This document shows positions 39,366-53,200 of a DNA stretch of 64,000 nt, piece after piece (the first letter of the stretch is position 1; every line of letters begins with the position of its first letter). The position numbers and the translations under genes are program-made. The notes under the pieces were generated by a model. That model was not told where the DNA came from and did no database searches. It saw only the letters and a program-made list of their open reading frames with translations. Source of the stretch: Eledone cirrhosa (Eukaryota); assembly GCA_964016885.1 (NCBI GenBank), contig OZ024742.1, positions 13,454,001 to 13,518,000 of the forward strand, written 5' to 3'.

Positions 39366-40817
39366 ATAATTCAAGAAAGAAGAGTGACATGGTTCGCTAT
39401 ACAATAAGGGCTTTATTCACATTGCTGACAATTGTTTCTTTGATCTGGTAGGTACCCGCTACCCGCCTGATTTTGCGTCAATCGATCTCCAATACTTTGT
39501 TTATAACCAGTCGTTTTCATCAGAGCACGCGAAATGAAGAAGATACACAAGGAATGGCTTTTATAGAGGAGTGGTATAAAACCAGAACAATAATATCAAT
39601 AATAAAATAAAATAACTAGATAGCAAATAGTTAAAATAATAACATCAATATAAGTAAGAAATAGAGTATAATGATGAATGTAGCATGTTAAACAAACTGA
39701 TATGATACAGATGTATGAAATTGACATGTGAAAACTGCTATAGGGTACATTAGATATAGTGTTAAGATGGCGACGAGATAACAGTAACCACTAAAATGTA
39801 CTTGGAGACAGGATTTATGAGGTATCTGCTATGCTCTCTGTATGCTGGCAATAAACCGGAGATTTACTTATTGTTTGACAGATAAACATTTTCGTTTTAT
39901 TAATTTGGTGATGATGATGGTTTTTATGTGGTGTTAAGTGGTTGTAGATTCGTTATTTAAGTGGCCTATACTAAAGGTAGGGATTGTTAGTTCGAATCAT
40001 GGGGGTTTAGTTTTCACAGCATCAATAACAAATCGTGTATAAGTAAGACAGTAATAACAACAATAATAGAAGCAATAAAGGTAATAAAATAGTAAAATAT
40101 GCATGGTAGTTATAGAGAACATGATGAATAATATTAGGGATACATTGATATGTTCATAATAATAATAATAAGAAGAAGAATAATAAGAGGAAAGTAAGAT
40201 TTCAAGGAGTGTAGGAGTAATAAGATAATGTACTTAGAATTAAGTTCATCTGTTAGTGATCATGAGTGCTAATGGGAGATATAATTCTTTGGTCCGAAGG
40301 CTGATAAGATAGTTGTAGACATTACTGCCACATCCCAGTGGTATAGAATTAGGGAGGCTAGAATTTGTTTATAGAAGATTATGGTTCTGTAGTGGGCTGT
40401 GTGAGAATGCGGATTTCATATGTTAAAAGCTAAGTGATGTTGGTTCGAATCACGGTGGTTTAAATCTCCCGAATTGTGTAGCAATCCTATGTCTGCAGAA
40501 CATTGACCTTTCTATTTTGCTGTTGAGTAGCATTTTATCGTTCCTTAACTATTTGCTATCTAGTTATTTTAATTTATTATTGATATTATTGTTCTGGCTT
40601 AATACCACTCCTCTATAAAAGCCATTCCTTGTGTATCTTCTTCATTTCGCGTGCTCTGATGAAAACGACTGGTTATAAACAAAGTATTGGAGATCGATTG
40701 ACGCAAAATCAGGCGGGTAGCGAACTCTAGACCTACCAGATCAATGAAACAATTGTCCGCAATGTGAATAAAGCCCTTATTGTATAGCGAACCATGTTGT
40801 TCTTCTTTCTTGAATTA
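39366..40817. mobile_element. ~270-bp inverted repeat pair (39366-39635 / 40545-40817) with hammerhead-like motifs
   Basis: Arms are reverse complements with a few differences; ~900-bp AT-rich spacer. Confidence 0.8.
39423..39527 (-). ncRNA. Hammerhead-like motif with expanded stem II; inverted copy at 40652-40761 (+)
   Basis: TGCT-CTGATGA-AAAC-GACTGGT...ACCAG(A)TC-AAA-GAAACAATTGTC-AGCA. Core, stem I and palindromic stem III are present; the base of stem II is unpaired. Confidence 0.6.
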
Positions 40818-40986
40818 TTATTATTCCAAGTATAAACTACATAGAAATCACCGCATACTCGCAGCATCACTATGGAAACGTCTTGTTGAGTCAAACTAAG
40901 CCACACGTTAATACTATCCACTACACGGAGTACTCTAACTGGACTACATCTAAGTGGACTGCCTATAACGATAACCTGTTATCCCC

Positions 40987-41669
40987 GAGCGCTTCCCACA
41001 CATCTCGGAAGTTGTTTTTCGATAATTCCTAAGCCGAAATACGATTCTCGCTAATTTATATTTGTATTAATCTCCAGAGTCTAGCTATTGACCAGTTAAT
41101 TTTCTTGAATTTTTTTAGTTGATTCTATTGACTGATGAATAGCTTATGTTAACTTTAACCATTCTGTCGAGAGCTTTATTTGATTTGTGATGTTTTGCAT
41201 TCTTGCAATATTATACACAACTGAATTCATTCGCCTAAAATAAGTGTTGCCTCCCTTGCTGAACTCCACGTGGGGTCAGTAATAGTCACACTTTGAATTA
41301 GCAATTGAACTAAAACCTGTTGATAAAGTGGCTTCCTTATTCAATCATCTTACCAGAAGCCAAACATTGTTATGTAAGCGGACAGTACTTGATTTAGGAG
41401 TCGCAGAAACCCAAATACTGGATTTTACCAACCTTCCAGGGGTCCGGGTAAATTTTCAATCACATATATTTTTATTGTTTGACCCGAATTACTTGGTCGT
41501 TTATTTGGCTGTGCCGATGTTTGTCTAACCATCGTCTCAGTGTGTTTGGCCTTTAACGTATGTTGTAGCTCTGATTCATCTGAATCATCGAGCGCTTGCC
41601 ACACATCTCGGAAGTTGTTTTTCGTTAATTCCTAAGCCGAAATACGATTATCGCTAATTTATATTTATA

Positions 41670-41670
<1 letters not shown>
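40987..41670. repeat. ~80-bp direct repeat pair (40987-41068, 41590-41670)
   Basis: GAGCGCTT...CACACATCTCGGAAGTTGTTTTTCG...CCTAAGCCGAAATACGATT...CTAATTTATATTT occurs twice, ~603 bp apart; the second copy abuts (TA)n. Confidence 0.85.
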
Positions 41671-41708
<38 letters not shown>

Positions 41709-41870
41709 GGAAAACGAAGAATCAATGATGCATCGGAACACAATTTATTACGTATTAAAATTGCTTCTCCGGCGAAGAGCTCGAGGTGCGATCTGTTTGT
41801 GGATCGAACCTGGCTCTGGATTCGCAAGTTCCTCAGATACGTCTAGTGATTTGGAAGCAAATTCTGTTTC

Positions 41871-41930
<60 letters not shown>

Positions 41931-42110
41931 AGTATCGTCGTAGAGTCGAATATGATTTCGACTTACGATCTTCTACCTTCTGTGTTCACATCCCGCCGAG
42001 GTTAGCTTTACTTTTCCTCCTTACGTGGTCGATTTAAAATTGCTTGCCTTGTGCCTAAATCATAAACCATTATTATTATTATCATTATTGGTGCCAATCC
42101 ACCACCCTAA

Positions 42111-42312
42111 GGGCGGTGGATTGGTAGTATCGGTAGAGGGTCGGGCGCCATGCTTTGCAGCAAAGCGTTACGGCCCTTTATGATCTGAGTTCAAATCCCG
42201 CCGTGGTTAACTTTGCCTGTCATCCTTATGGGGTCTATAAAATAAAGTACCAGTAATACACTGGAGTAATTGCTGACCTTGTGCCAAAAGTAGATACAAT
42301 TATTATTATCAT
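42111..42312 (+). mobile_element. tRNA-like SINE copy
   Basis: Homologous to 33308; (ATT)n tail. Confidence 0.8.
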
Positions 42313-42319
42313 TATTCGT

Positions 42320-42432
42320 CCACTTATTTCTGAAACCATCGTGGGGACATATATCTTCAGCGACGCCCTCCAGGTGGTCCTATCGGAAGCAGCCGTCTCT
42401 AAATGATTCGCCTGAATTCTCAAGCGAAACAA
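42320..42432 (-). mobile_element. RTE-BovB-like 3' end fragment
   Basis: Encodes SLFRLRIQANHLETAASDRTTWRASL (E..A.DR..WR motif). Confidence 0.6.
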
Positions 42433-44300
42433 ACTTAGGTAATAGTTATAGAGTAATTTGTAGATAACACCTAGGTAATAGTAATAGAGTAATTTGTAAA
42501 TAACACCTAGGTAATAGTTATAGAGTAATTTGTAAATAACACCTAGGTAATAGTTATAGAGTAACTTGTAGATAACACCTAGGTAATAGTAATAGAGTAA
42601 TTTGTAAATAACACCTAGGTAATAGTTATGGAGTAATTTGTAAATAACACCTAGGTAATAGTAATAGAGTAATTTGTAAATAACACCTAGGTAATGGTTA
42701 TGGAGTAACTTGTAGATAACACCTAGGTAATAGTTATAGAGTAACTTGTATATAACACCTAGGTAATAGTTATAGAGTAATTTGTAAATAACACCTAGGT
42801 AATAGTAATAGAGTAATTTGTAAATAACACCTAGGTAATAGTTATGGAGTAACTTGTAGATAACACCTAGGTAATAGTTATGGAGTAACTTGTAGATAAC
42901 ACCTAGGTAATAGTTATAGAGTAACTTGTAGATAACACCTAGGTAATAGTTATGGAGTAACTTGTAGACAACACCTAGGTAATAGTAATAGAGTAACTTG
43001 TAGATAACACCTAGGTAATAGTAATGGAGTAACTTGTAGATAACACCTAGGTAATAGTTATAGAGTAATTTGTAGATAACACCTAGATAATAGTTATAGA
43101 GTAACTTGTAGATAACACCTAGGTAATAGTAATAGTGACTTGTAGATAACACCTAGGTAATAGTTATAGAGTAATTTGTAGATAACACCTAGATAACAGT
43201 AATAGAGTAATTTGTAGATAACACCTAGGTAATAGTTATAGAGTAACTTGTAGATAACACCTAGGTAATAGTTATAGAGTAACTTGTAGATAACACCTAG
43301 GTAATAGTTATAGAGTAACTTGTAGATAACACCTAGGTAATAGTAATAGAGTAATTTGTAGATAACACCTAGGTAATAGTTATAGAGTAATTTGTAGATA
43401 ACACCTAGGTAATAGTTATAGAGTAACTTGTAGATAACACCTAGATAACAGTAGTAGAGTAACTTGTAGATAACACCTAGGTAATAGTTATAGAGTAACT
43501 TGTAGATAACACCTAGGTAATAGTAATAGAGTAACTTGTAGATAACACCTAGGTAATAGTAATGGAGTAACTTGTAGATAACACCTAGGTAATAGTTATA
43601 GAGTAACTTGTAGATAACACCTAGGTAATAGTAATAGAGTAACTTGTAGATAACACCTAGGTAATAGTTATAGAGTAACTTGCAGATAACACCTAGGTAA
43701 TAGTTATAGAGTAACTTGTAGATAACACCTAGGTAATAGTAATAGAGTAACTTGTAGATAACTCCTAGGTAATAATAATGGAGTAACTTGTAGATAACAC
43801 CTAGGTAATAGTTATAGAGTAACTTGTAGATAACACCTAGGTAATAGTTATAGAGTAACTTGTAGATAACACCTAGGTAATAGTAATAGAGTAACTTGTA
43901 GATAACACCTAGGTAATAGTTATAGAGTAACTTGTAGATAACACCTAGATAACAGTAATAGAGTAATTTGTAGATAACACCTAGGTAATAGTTATAGAGT
44001 AACTTGTAGATAACACCTAGGTAATAGTAATAGTGACTTGTAGATAACACCTAGGTAATAGTAATAGAGTAACTTGTAGATAACACCTAGGTAATAGTTA
44101 TAGAGTAACTTGTATATAACACCTTGGTAATAGTTATAGAGTAACTTGTAGATAACACCTAGGTAATAGTTATAGAGTTATTTGTAGATAACACCTAGGT
44201 AATAGTTATAGAGTAACTTGTAGATAACACCTAGATAATAAATAGAGTAACTTGTAGATAATAGCTAGGTAATTGTTATAGAGTAACTTATAGATAACTG
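42433..44300. repeat. 36-bp satellite A (ACACCTAGGTAATAGTTATAGAGTAACTTGTAGATA), about 52 units
   Basis: Direct; gives the 12-aa YYLGVIYKLLYN pseudo-ORFs. Confidence 0.97.
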
Positions 44301-44707
44301 ATTAAAATGTTTCATCGAATGATGATGTTTTTTGTTGGTAACAACATCAATCCCTGGATCCTCGGTTACATCTCCAAACATCTGACACCAACAACAACAC
44401 TTCAGTAACAACCACTTCATTTAGAAGATTAAACTAGTGAAAGAACATCAAGTTTTAAATCATTGAATAAACGTGAAACACACGTAGTTGTTTCTTTAAT
44501 ATAACAAAGTGTGTGTGTATATATGGATATGTAGTGTATGTGTCTGTATTGATATATATATGTACTGTGTGTGTGTGTGTGAGTATTGATATATATATAT
44601 GTATATATGTAGTGTGTGTGTGTATTGATATATATATATATGTACTGCATGTGTGTGTGTATTGATATATATATATATATATATGTACTGTATGTGTGTG
44701 CGTATTG

Positions 44708-44738
<31 letters not shown>

Positions 44739-45619
44739 TGTACTGTATGTGTGTGAGTGTTTTTGTTAGATGCATTTGAGATTCTTTATAGAATAAGTGA
44801 ACGTACAATCACACACACACACACACACATATATATGTATATATAAAGTATGTATGTAGGTGTATACGTATCTGTGGTTGTGTAATAAAGCTGTGTAAAT
44901 TAAGGTTACAGTGTTATGGTAGATAAAAAGGTAGGGTTTTTCATTTTCTTTTTTTTTTGTTTCATTTTCTCCAATTGAATATTTTACCTGTCCGCAATCG
45001 ATATAAGGAAGTCTCAGATTGTTTTCTACCTGAGAGGGGACACGTCATATTTTGTAAGTCAGTCATCTGACAGTTCGCTTGGAAACGTTGAGTTTACTAA
45101 ACATCTAATAAAATCTTTCAATTCAGATGCTTTTAACATCACTTCATTATTCAGTTCTGATTGACTTTCCATGTATGCTAACGTTATTCAAACGTAAATC
45201 TTAATTAGACCGGTAATGTTATAATGAATGCTTCTGTATATATGTATTTACACAGACGTTTATATCAAATAAGCCGTCGACAAATGTCTGCTTACAATAG
45301 GAGAAAAGAGGAAGAAGCTACCAACATTGTCCCATATGCAGTAAATATCTAAGTTACACATTGAATTTGTGTTTATTGCTCTGCCTAAATTATTCATTGT
45401 TTCTTCTGTTAAGAGATACGACAGAAGATAGAGGAAAACGTTCAACTATTCCTCAGTTTCCGGCTCGTTCGTCACTCCATTACCGAGACAAAATTGTTAG
45501 CTGTTGCTAGTGTCTATCTTTAAAATAATTATAGCATATCGGAAAACTGTCTCGGAATTACTTTATTTGATAATGCATGATTTACATGATCTGTGTACAT
45601 ATTTCATTCTTTCTAATAT

Positions 45620-45865
45620 GGACAGAAGGCCAGCGTTTTCGGAGAAAGGATAAGTTAATTATATCTACCTCAGTACTTAACAGGTACTTACAGGTACTTT
45701 ATTTTATCGACCACGGAAGGAAGAAAGGTAAAGTTAATCTCGACGGGATTTGAACACAGAATGAAGAAGGTTGTAAGTAAATACTTCGATTTCAAATTTA
45801 GAACCAATTCCAAAACTTTTGTGAGGAGGAGGAATTCAATAAAATCGACCCCAGTACTTAATTGT
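45620..45865 (-). mobile_element. Degenerate SINE pieces
   Basis: GGTACTTTATTTTATCGAC...GACGGGATTTGAAC matches the reverse complement of the 33308 family. Confidence 0.65.
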
Positions 45866-46375
45866 AGGCAAATATTCATGGGTAACACATGTCAAGTCGA
45901 CGATTCTTATCTGGGATTTCAGGGAAAATTGTGGTGATTAATTCCAGTAGGGAAAATGTTTTAAGGTGTAAAAATACTTCAATCTATTCGCACTATTTTG
46001 GTTAGATATATTTTGTTCAGAGATCTTTAAACATGTTAGATTGATTTTCGAATAAATATCAAATGAATTGTGACGCAAGAGATTGTGCTGTTTGCAAGGT
46101 GAATTTTCTGTTATCACATGGGAAAAGAAATCGGATTAGTTAACTGGTAAAAGGGAAAAATATTGAAAATGTTAAGAAGCACAGGTTTATGTATTTCAGG
46201 TATAGTGAATTATATATTATGATGGGTGCATAGCTAATAAACTAATTATTGTTTATGGAAATACAGCTCAAATTTATTGTAATTCTGTATGTATACAAGA
46301 CATAGTCTTCTGAGGGTAAATATCCTTGTTGTTCTCCACTAAATTATCCTCGTTGAGTAAAATTTTTAGGTTGAA

Positions 46376-46660
46376 AGGCGGTGAAATCACGAAGTCGTTA
46401 GATCATCGGATAGAACGTTTTTAGCTTTCGTTCCATCTCTCTGTGATGTGAGTTCAAAACCTGCTGAGGTGAACTTTGCCTTTCATCTTTTTGAAGTCGA
46501 ATCATTCCATTTCAATTTTGATAAATAATACAAGTAGTCACTTAGTGTCTTTCTCCCTTCTGGGATCAGTTAAATATAGTGCCAGTCATATAATGTGGTT
46601 GGTGTAATCTATGTTACTCTTCCTACGACATTACTGGACTTATTTATAGATGAGAAATCA
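46376..46660 (+). mobile_element. Degenerate SINE
   Basis: AGGCGGTGA head, then GAGTTCAAAACCTGCTGAGGTGAACTTTGCCTTTCATC. Confidence 0.65.
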
Positions 46661-46769
46661 ATAGTAATATTAGTATCTCGAAGACATTTCAATGTCGAAG
46701 CCAGTATAGTACACATTGAATCCGTTTAGAGGTATTCCAATGTTCACGCATACATCTTACTTCTTTTAG

Positions 46770-46822
46770 GCTTCGTATATTACTGCTTACACCTCAGTTA
46801 TATCTATGAAATATATCTACAG
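46770..46822 (+). other. Candidate small host exon (53 bp)
   Basis: cttacttcttttag| acceptor and CAG|gtatgt donor; two open frames; no homology recognised. Confidence 0.35.
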
Positions 46823-47071
46823 GTATGTGTTGGCTGTATTAGATATCATCGGAAACATGATGTCCTCTCAATCTCATAGTTATAGTCAAAGACACTATCT
46901 TCATAAGAAGTTTGAAAACTCAATACCATTTGATCTGAAATTAAGTCTTAATTGGTTACAATTATCTCTTCTTTTCTTTGACCGTCGTTAGTAACTGGTT
47001 TATGTTTAATTTATCTGACTAAAAGTTGAATTTCAAATCCTCTGAGTTTTTCTTTTCTTTTTTTTTTTCAG

Positions 47072-47097
47072 AAATCATTCCGTATATCACCAACAAG
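47072..47097 (+). other. Candidate micro-exon (26 bp)
   Basis: Long pyrimidine tract ending ttcag| and AAG|gtaaat donor. Confidence 0.4.
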
Positions 47098-47247
47098 GTA
47101 AATTATCTAAATTCATGATATTGGTATAGTAGAGATATTTCTCATTGCTCACTATTGGTAATCTCGTATGACGTAGGGGTTACGAGAGGAAAATACATTC
47201 TCATCCCCAAGTGTACAGCCATAGATAGATACAGGGATGTATGATAT

Positions 47248-50200
47248 TGTACAGTGATATATAGATACATTGATGTACTATAGTATACAGTGATATATAG
47301 ATACACTGATGTACTATAGTGTAGTGATATATAGATACACTGATGTACTATAGTATACAGTGATATATAGATATACTGATGTAATATAGTTTACAGTGAT
47401 ATATAGATATACTGATGTACTATAGTGTATAGTGATATATAGATACACTGATGTACTATAGTGTACAGTGATATATAGATATACTGATGTACTATAGTGT
47501 ACAGTGATATATAGATATACTGATGTACTATAGTGTACAGTGATATATAGATACATTGATGTACTATAGTATACAGTGATATATAGATACACTGATGTAC
47601 TATAGTATACAGAGATATATAGATATACTGATGTACTATAGTGTAGTGATATATAGATACACTGATGTACTATAGTATACAGTGATATATAGATATACTG
47701 ATGTAATATAGTATACAGTGATATATAGATATACTGATGTACTATAGTGTATAGTGATATATAGATACACTGATGTACTATAGTGTACAGTGATATATAG
47801 ATATACTGATGTACTATAGTGTATAGTGATATATAGATATACTGATGTACTATAGTATATAGTGATATATAGATACACTGATGTACTATAGCGTACAGTG
47901 ATATATAGATATACTGATGTACTATAGTATATAGTGATATATAGATACACTGATGTACTATAGTGTATAATGATATATAGATATATTGATGTACTATAGT
48001 GTATAGTGATATATAGATATACTGATGTACTATAGTGTACAGTCATATATAGATATACTGATGTACTATAGTGTATAGTGATATATAAATATACTGATGT
48101 ACTATAGTGTACAGTGATATATAGATACACTGATGTACTATAGTATACAGTGATATATAGATATCCTGATGTACTATAGTGTACAGTGATATATAGATAC
48201 GCTGATGTACTATAGTATATAGTGATATATAGATATACTGATGTAATATAGTGTATAGTGATATATAGATACACTTATGTACTATAGTATACAGTGATAT
48301 ATAGATATACTGATGTACTATAGTGTATAGTGATATATAGATATACTGATGTACTATAGTGTACAGTCATATATAGATATACTGATGTACTATAGTGTAT
48401 AGTGATATATAGATATACTGATGTACTATAGTGTACAGTGATATATAGATACACTGATGTACTATAGTGTATAGTGATATATAGATACACTTATGTACTA
48501 TAGTATACAGTGATATATAGATATACTGATGTACTATAGTGTATAGTGATATATAGATATACTGATGTACTATAGTGTACAGTCATATATAGATATACTG
48601 ATGTACTATAGTGTATAGTGATATATAGATATACTGATGTACTATAGTGTACAGTGATATATAGATACACTGATGTACTATAGTGTATAGTGATATATAG
48701 ATATACTGATGTACTATAGAGTATAGTGATATATAGATATACTGATGTACTATAGTGTATGGTGATATATAGATATACTAATGTACTATAGAGTATAGTG
48801 ATATATAGATATACTGATGTACTATAGTATACAGTGATATATAGATACACTGATGTACTATAGTATACAGTGATATATAGATATCCTGATGTACTATAGT
48901 GTACAGTGATATATAGATACGCTGATGTACTATAGTATATAGTGATATATAGATATACTGATGTAATATAGTGTATAGTGATATATAGCTACACTGATGT
49001 ACTATAGTATATAGTGATATATAGATACACTGATGTACTATAGTATACAGTGATATATAGATACATTGATGTACTATAGTATACAGTGATATATAGATAC
49101 ACTGATGTACTATAGTATACAGAGATATATAGATATACTGATGTACTATAGTGTAGTGATATATAGATATACTGATGTACTATAGTGTATAGTGATATTT
49201 AGATATACTGATGTACTATAGTGTACAGTGATATATAGATATACTGATGTACTATAGTGTACAGTGATATATAGATATACTGATGTACTATAGTATACAG
49301 TGATATATAGATACACTGATGTACTATAGTGTACAGTGATATATAGATATACTGATGTACTATAGTGTACAGTGATATATAGATATACTGATGTACTATA
49401 GTGTACAGTGATATATAGATATACTGATGTACTATAGTGTATAGTGTTATATAGATACACTGATGTACTATAGTGTACAGTGATATATAGATATACTGAT
49501 GTACTATAGTGTAGTGATATATAGATATACTGATGTACTATAGTGTACACTGATATATAGATATACTGATGTACTATAGTGTACAGTGATATATAGATAT
49601 ACTGATGTACTATAGTGTAGTGATATATAGATATACTGATGTACTATAGTGTACAGTGATATATAGATATACTGATGTACTATAGTGTATAGTGATATAT
49701 AGATACACTGATGTACTATGGTGTATAGTGATATATAGATACACTGATGTACTATAGTGTACAGTGATATATAGATATACTGATGTACTATAGTGTAGTG
49801 ATATATAGATATACTGATGTACTATAGTGTACACTGATATATAGATATACTGATGTACTATAGTGTACAGTGATATATAGATATACTGATGTACTATAGT
49901 GTACAGTGATATATATATATATACTGGTGTACTATAGTGTACAGTGATATATAGATATACTGATGTAATATAGTGTACAGTGATATATAGATATACTGAT
50001 GTACTATAGTGTATAGTGATATATAGATACACTGATATACTATGGTGTATAGTGATATATAGATACACTGGTGTACTATAGTATACAGTGATATATAGAT
50101 ATACTGATGTACTATAGTGTACACTGATATATAGATATACTGATGTACTATAGTGTATAGTGATATATAGATACACTGATGTACTATAGTGTACAGTGTT

Positions 50201-53200
50201 ATATAGATATACTGATGTACTATAGTGTATAGTGAGATATAGATATACTGATGTACTATAGTGTATAGTGATATATAGATATACTGATGTACTATAGTGT
50301 ATAGTGATATATAGATATACTGATGTACTATAGTGTATAGTGACATATAGATATACTGATGTACTTTAGTATATAGTGATATATAGATATACTGATGTAC
50401 TATAGTGTACAGTGATATATAGATATCCTGATGTACTATAGTGTATAGGGATATATAGATATACTGATGTACTATAGTGTATAGTGATATATAGATATAC
50501 TGATGTACTATAGTGTATAGTGATATATAGATATACTGATGTACTATAGTGTATAGTGATATATAGATATACTGATGTACTATAGTGTATAGTGATATAT
50601 AGATATACTGATGTACTTTAGTATATAGTGATATATAGATATACTGATGTACTATAGTATACAGTGATATATATATATACTGATGTACTATAGTGTATAG
50701 TGATATACAGATATACTGATGTACTATAGTATATAGTGATATATAGATATACTGATGTACAATAGTATATAGTGATATATAGATACACTGATGTACTATA
50801 GCGTACAGTGATATAAAGGTATATTGATGTACTATAGTGTACAGTGATATATAGATATACTGATGTACTGTAGTGTACAGTGATATATAGATACACTGAT
50901 GTACTATAGTGTATAGTGATATATAGATATACTGATGTACTATAGTGTACAGTGATATATAGATATACTGATGTACTATAGTATACAATGATATAGAAAT
51001 ATACTGATGTACTATAGTGTACAGTGATATACAGATATACTGATGTACTATAGTATATAGTGATATATAGATATACTGATGTACTATAGTATATAGTGAT
51101 ATATAGATACACTGATGTACTATAGTGTATAGTGATATATAGATATACTGATGTACTATAGTATATAGTGATATATAGATATACTGATGTACTATAGGAT
51201 ATAGTCTTATATAGATACAGTGATGTACTATAGCGTACAGTGATATATAGATATACTGATGTACTATAGTATATAGTGATATATAGATACACTGATGTAC
51301 TATAGTGTATAATGATATATAGGTATACTGATGTACTATAGTGTATAGTGATATATAGATATACTGATGTACTATAGTGTACAGTCATATATAGCTATAC
51401 TGATGTACTATAGTGTATAGTGATATATAGATACACTGATGTACTATAGTGTATAGTGATATATAGATAGACTGATGTACTATAGTGTATAGTGATATAT
51501 AGATATACTGATGTACTATATTGTATCGTGATATATAGATATACTGATGTACTATAGTGTATAGTGATATATAGATACACTGATGTACTATAGTGTATAG
51601 TGATATATAGATACACTGATGTACTATAGTGTATAGTGATATATAGATATACTGACGTACTATAGTGTATAGTGATATATAGATACACTGATGTACTATA
51701 GTGTATAGTGATATATAGATATACTGATGTACTATAGTGTATAGTGATATATAGATATACTGATGTACTATAGTGTATAGTGATATATAGATACACTGAT
51801 GTACTATAGTGTATAGTGATAAATAGATATACTGATGTACTATAGTGTATAGTGATATATATATACACTGATGTACTATAGTGTATAGTGATATATATAT
51901 ATACTGATGTACTATAGTGTATAGTGATATATAGATATACCGATGTACTATAGTGTACAGTGATATATAGATATACTGATGTACTATAGTATACAGTGAT
52001 ATAGAAATATACTGATGTACTATAGTGTACAGTGATATACAGTTATACTGATGTACTATAGTATATAGTGATATATAGATATACTGATGTACTATAGTGT
52101 ACAGTGATATATAGATATACTGATTACTATAGTGTACAGTGATATATATATATACTGATGTACTATAGTGTACAGTGATATATAGATATACTGATGTACT
52201 GTAGTGTACAGTGATATATAGATACACTGATGTACTATAGTGTATAGTGATATATAGATATACTGATGTACTATAGTGTACAGTGATATATAGATATACT
52301 GATGTACTATAGTATACAATGATATAGAAATAAACTGATGTACTATAGTGTACAGTGATATACAGATATACTGATGTACTATAGTATATAGTGATATATA
52401 GATATACTGATGTACTATAGTATATAGTGATATATAGATACACTGATGTACTATAGTGTATAGTGATATATAGATATACTGATGTACTATAGTATATAGT
52501 GATATATAGATATACTGATGTACTATAGGATATAGTCTTATATAGATACAGTGATGTACTATAGCGTACAGTGATATATAGATATACTGATGTACTATAG
52601 TATATAGTGATATATAGATACACTGATGTACTATAGTGTATAATGATATATAGGTATACTGATGTACTATAGTGTATAGTGATATATAGATATACTGATG
52701 TACTATAGTGTACAGTCATATATAGCTATACTGATGTACTATAGTGTATAGTGATATATAGATACACTGATGTACTATAGTGTATAGTGATATATAGATA
52801 CACTGATGTACTATAGTGTATAGTGATATATAGATATACTGACGTACTATAGTGTATAGTGATATATAGATACACTGATGTACTATAGTGTATAGTGATA
52901 TATAGATATACTGATGTACTATAGTGTATAGTGATATATAGATATACTGATGTACTATAGTGTATAGTGATATATAGATACACTGATGTACTATAGTGTA
53001 TAGTGATAAATAGATATACTGATGTACTATAGTGTATAGTGATATATATATACACTGATGTACTATAGTGTATAGTGATATATATATATACTGATGTACT
53101 ATAGTGTATAGTGATATATAGATATACTGATGTACTATAGTGTACAGTGATATATAGATATACTGATGTACTATAGTATACAGTGATATAGAAATATACT

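Noticed and set aside
40971-40990. CCTGTTATCCCC resembling an LSU rRNA / I-SceI-site motif
   Set aside because: Match of about 12 nt only, with no flanking rRNA similarity.
44988-45029. 42-bp minus-strand exon-like segment (VENNLRLPYIDCGQ)
   Set aside because: Isolated, with a short pyrimidine tract, and on the opposite strand to the better exon candidates.
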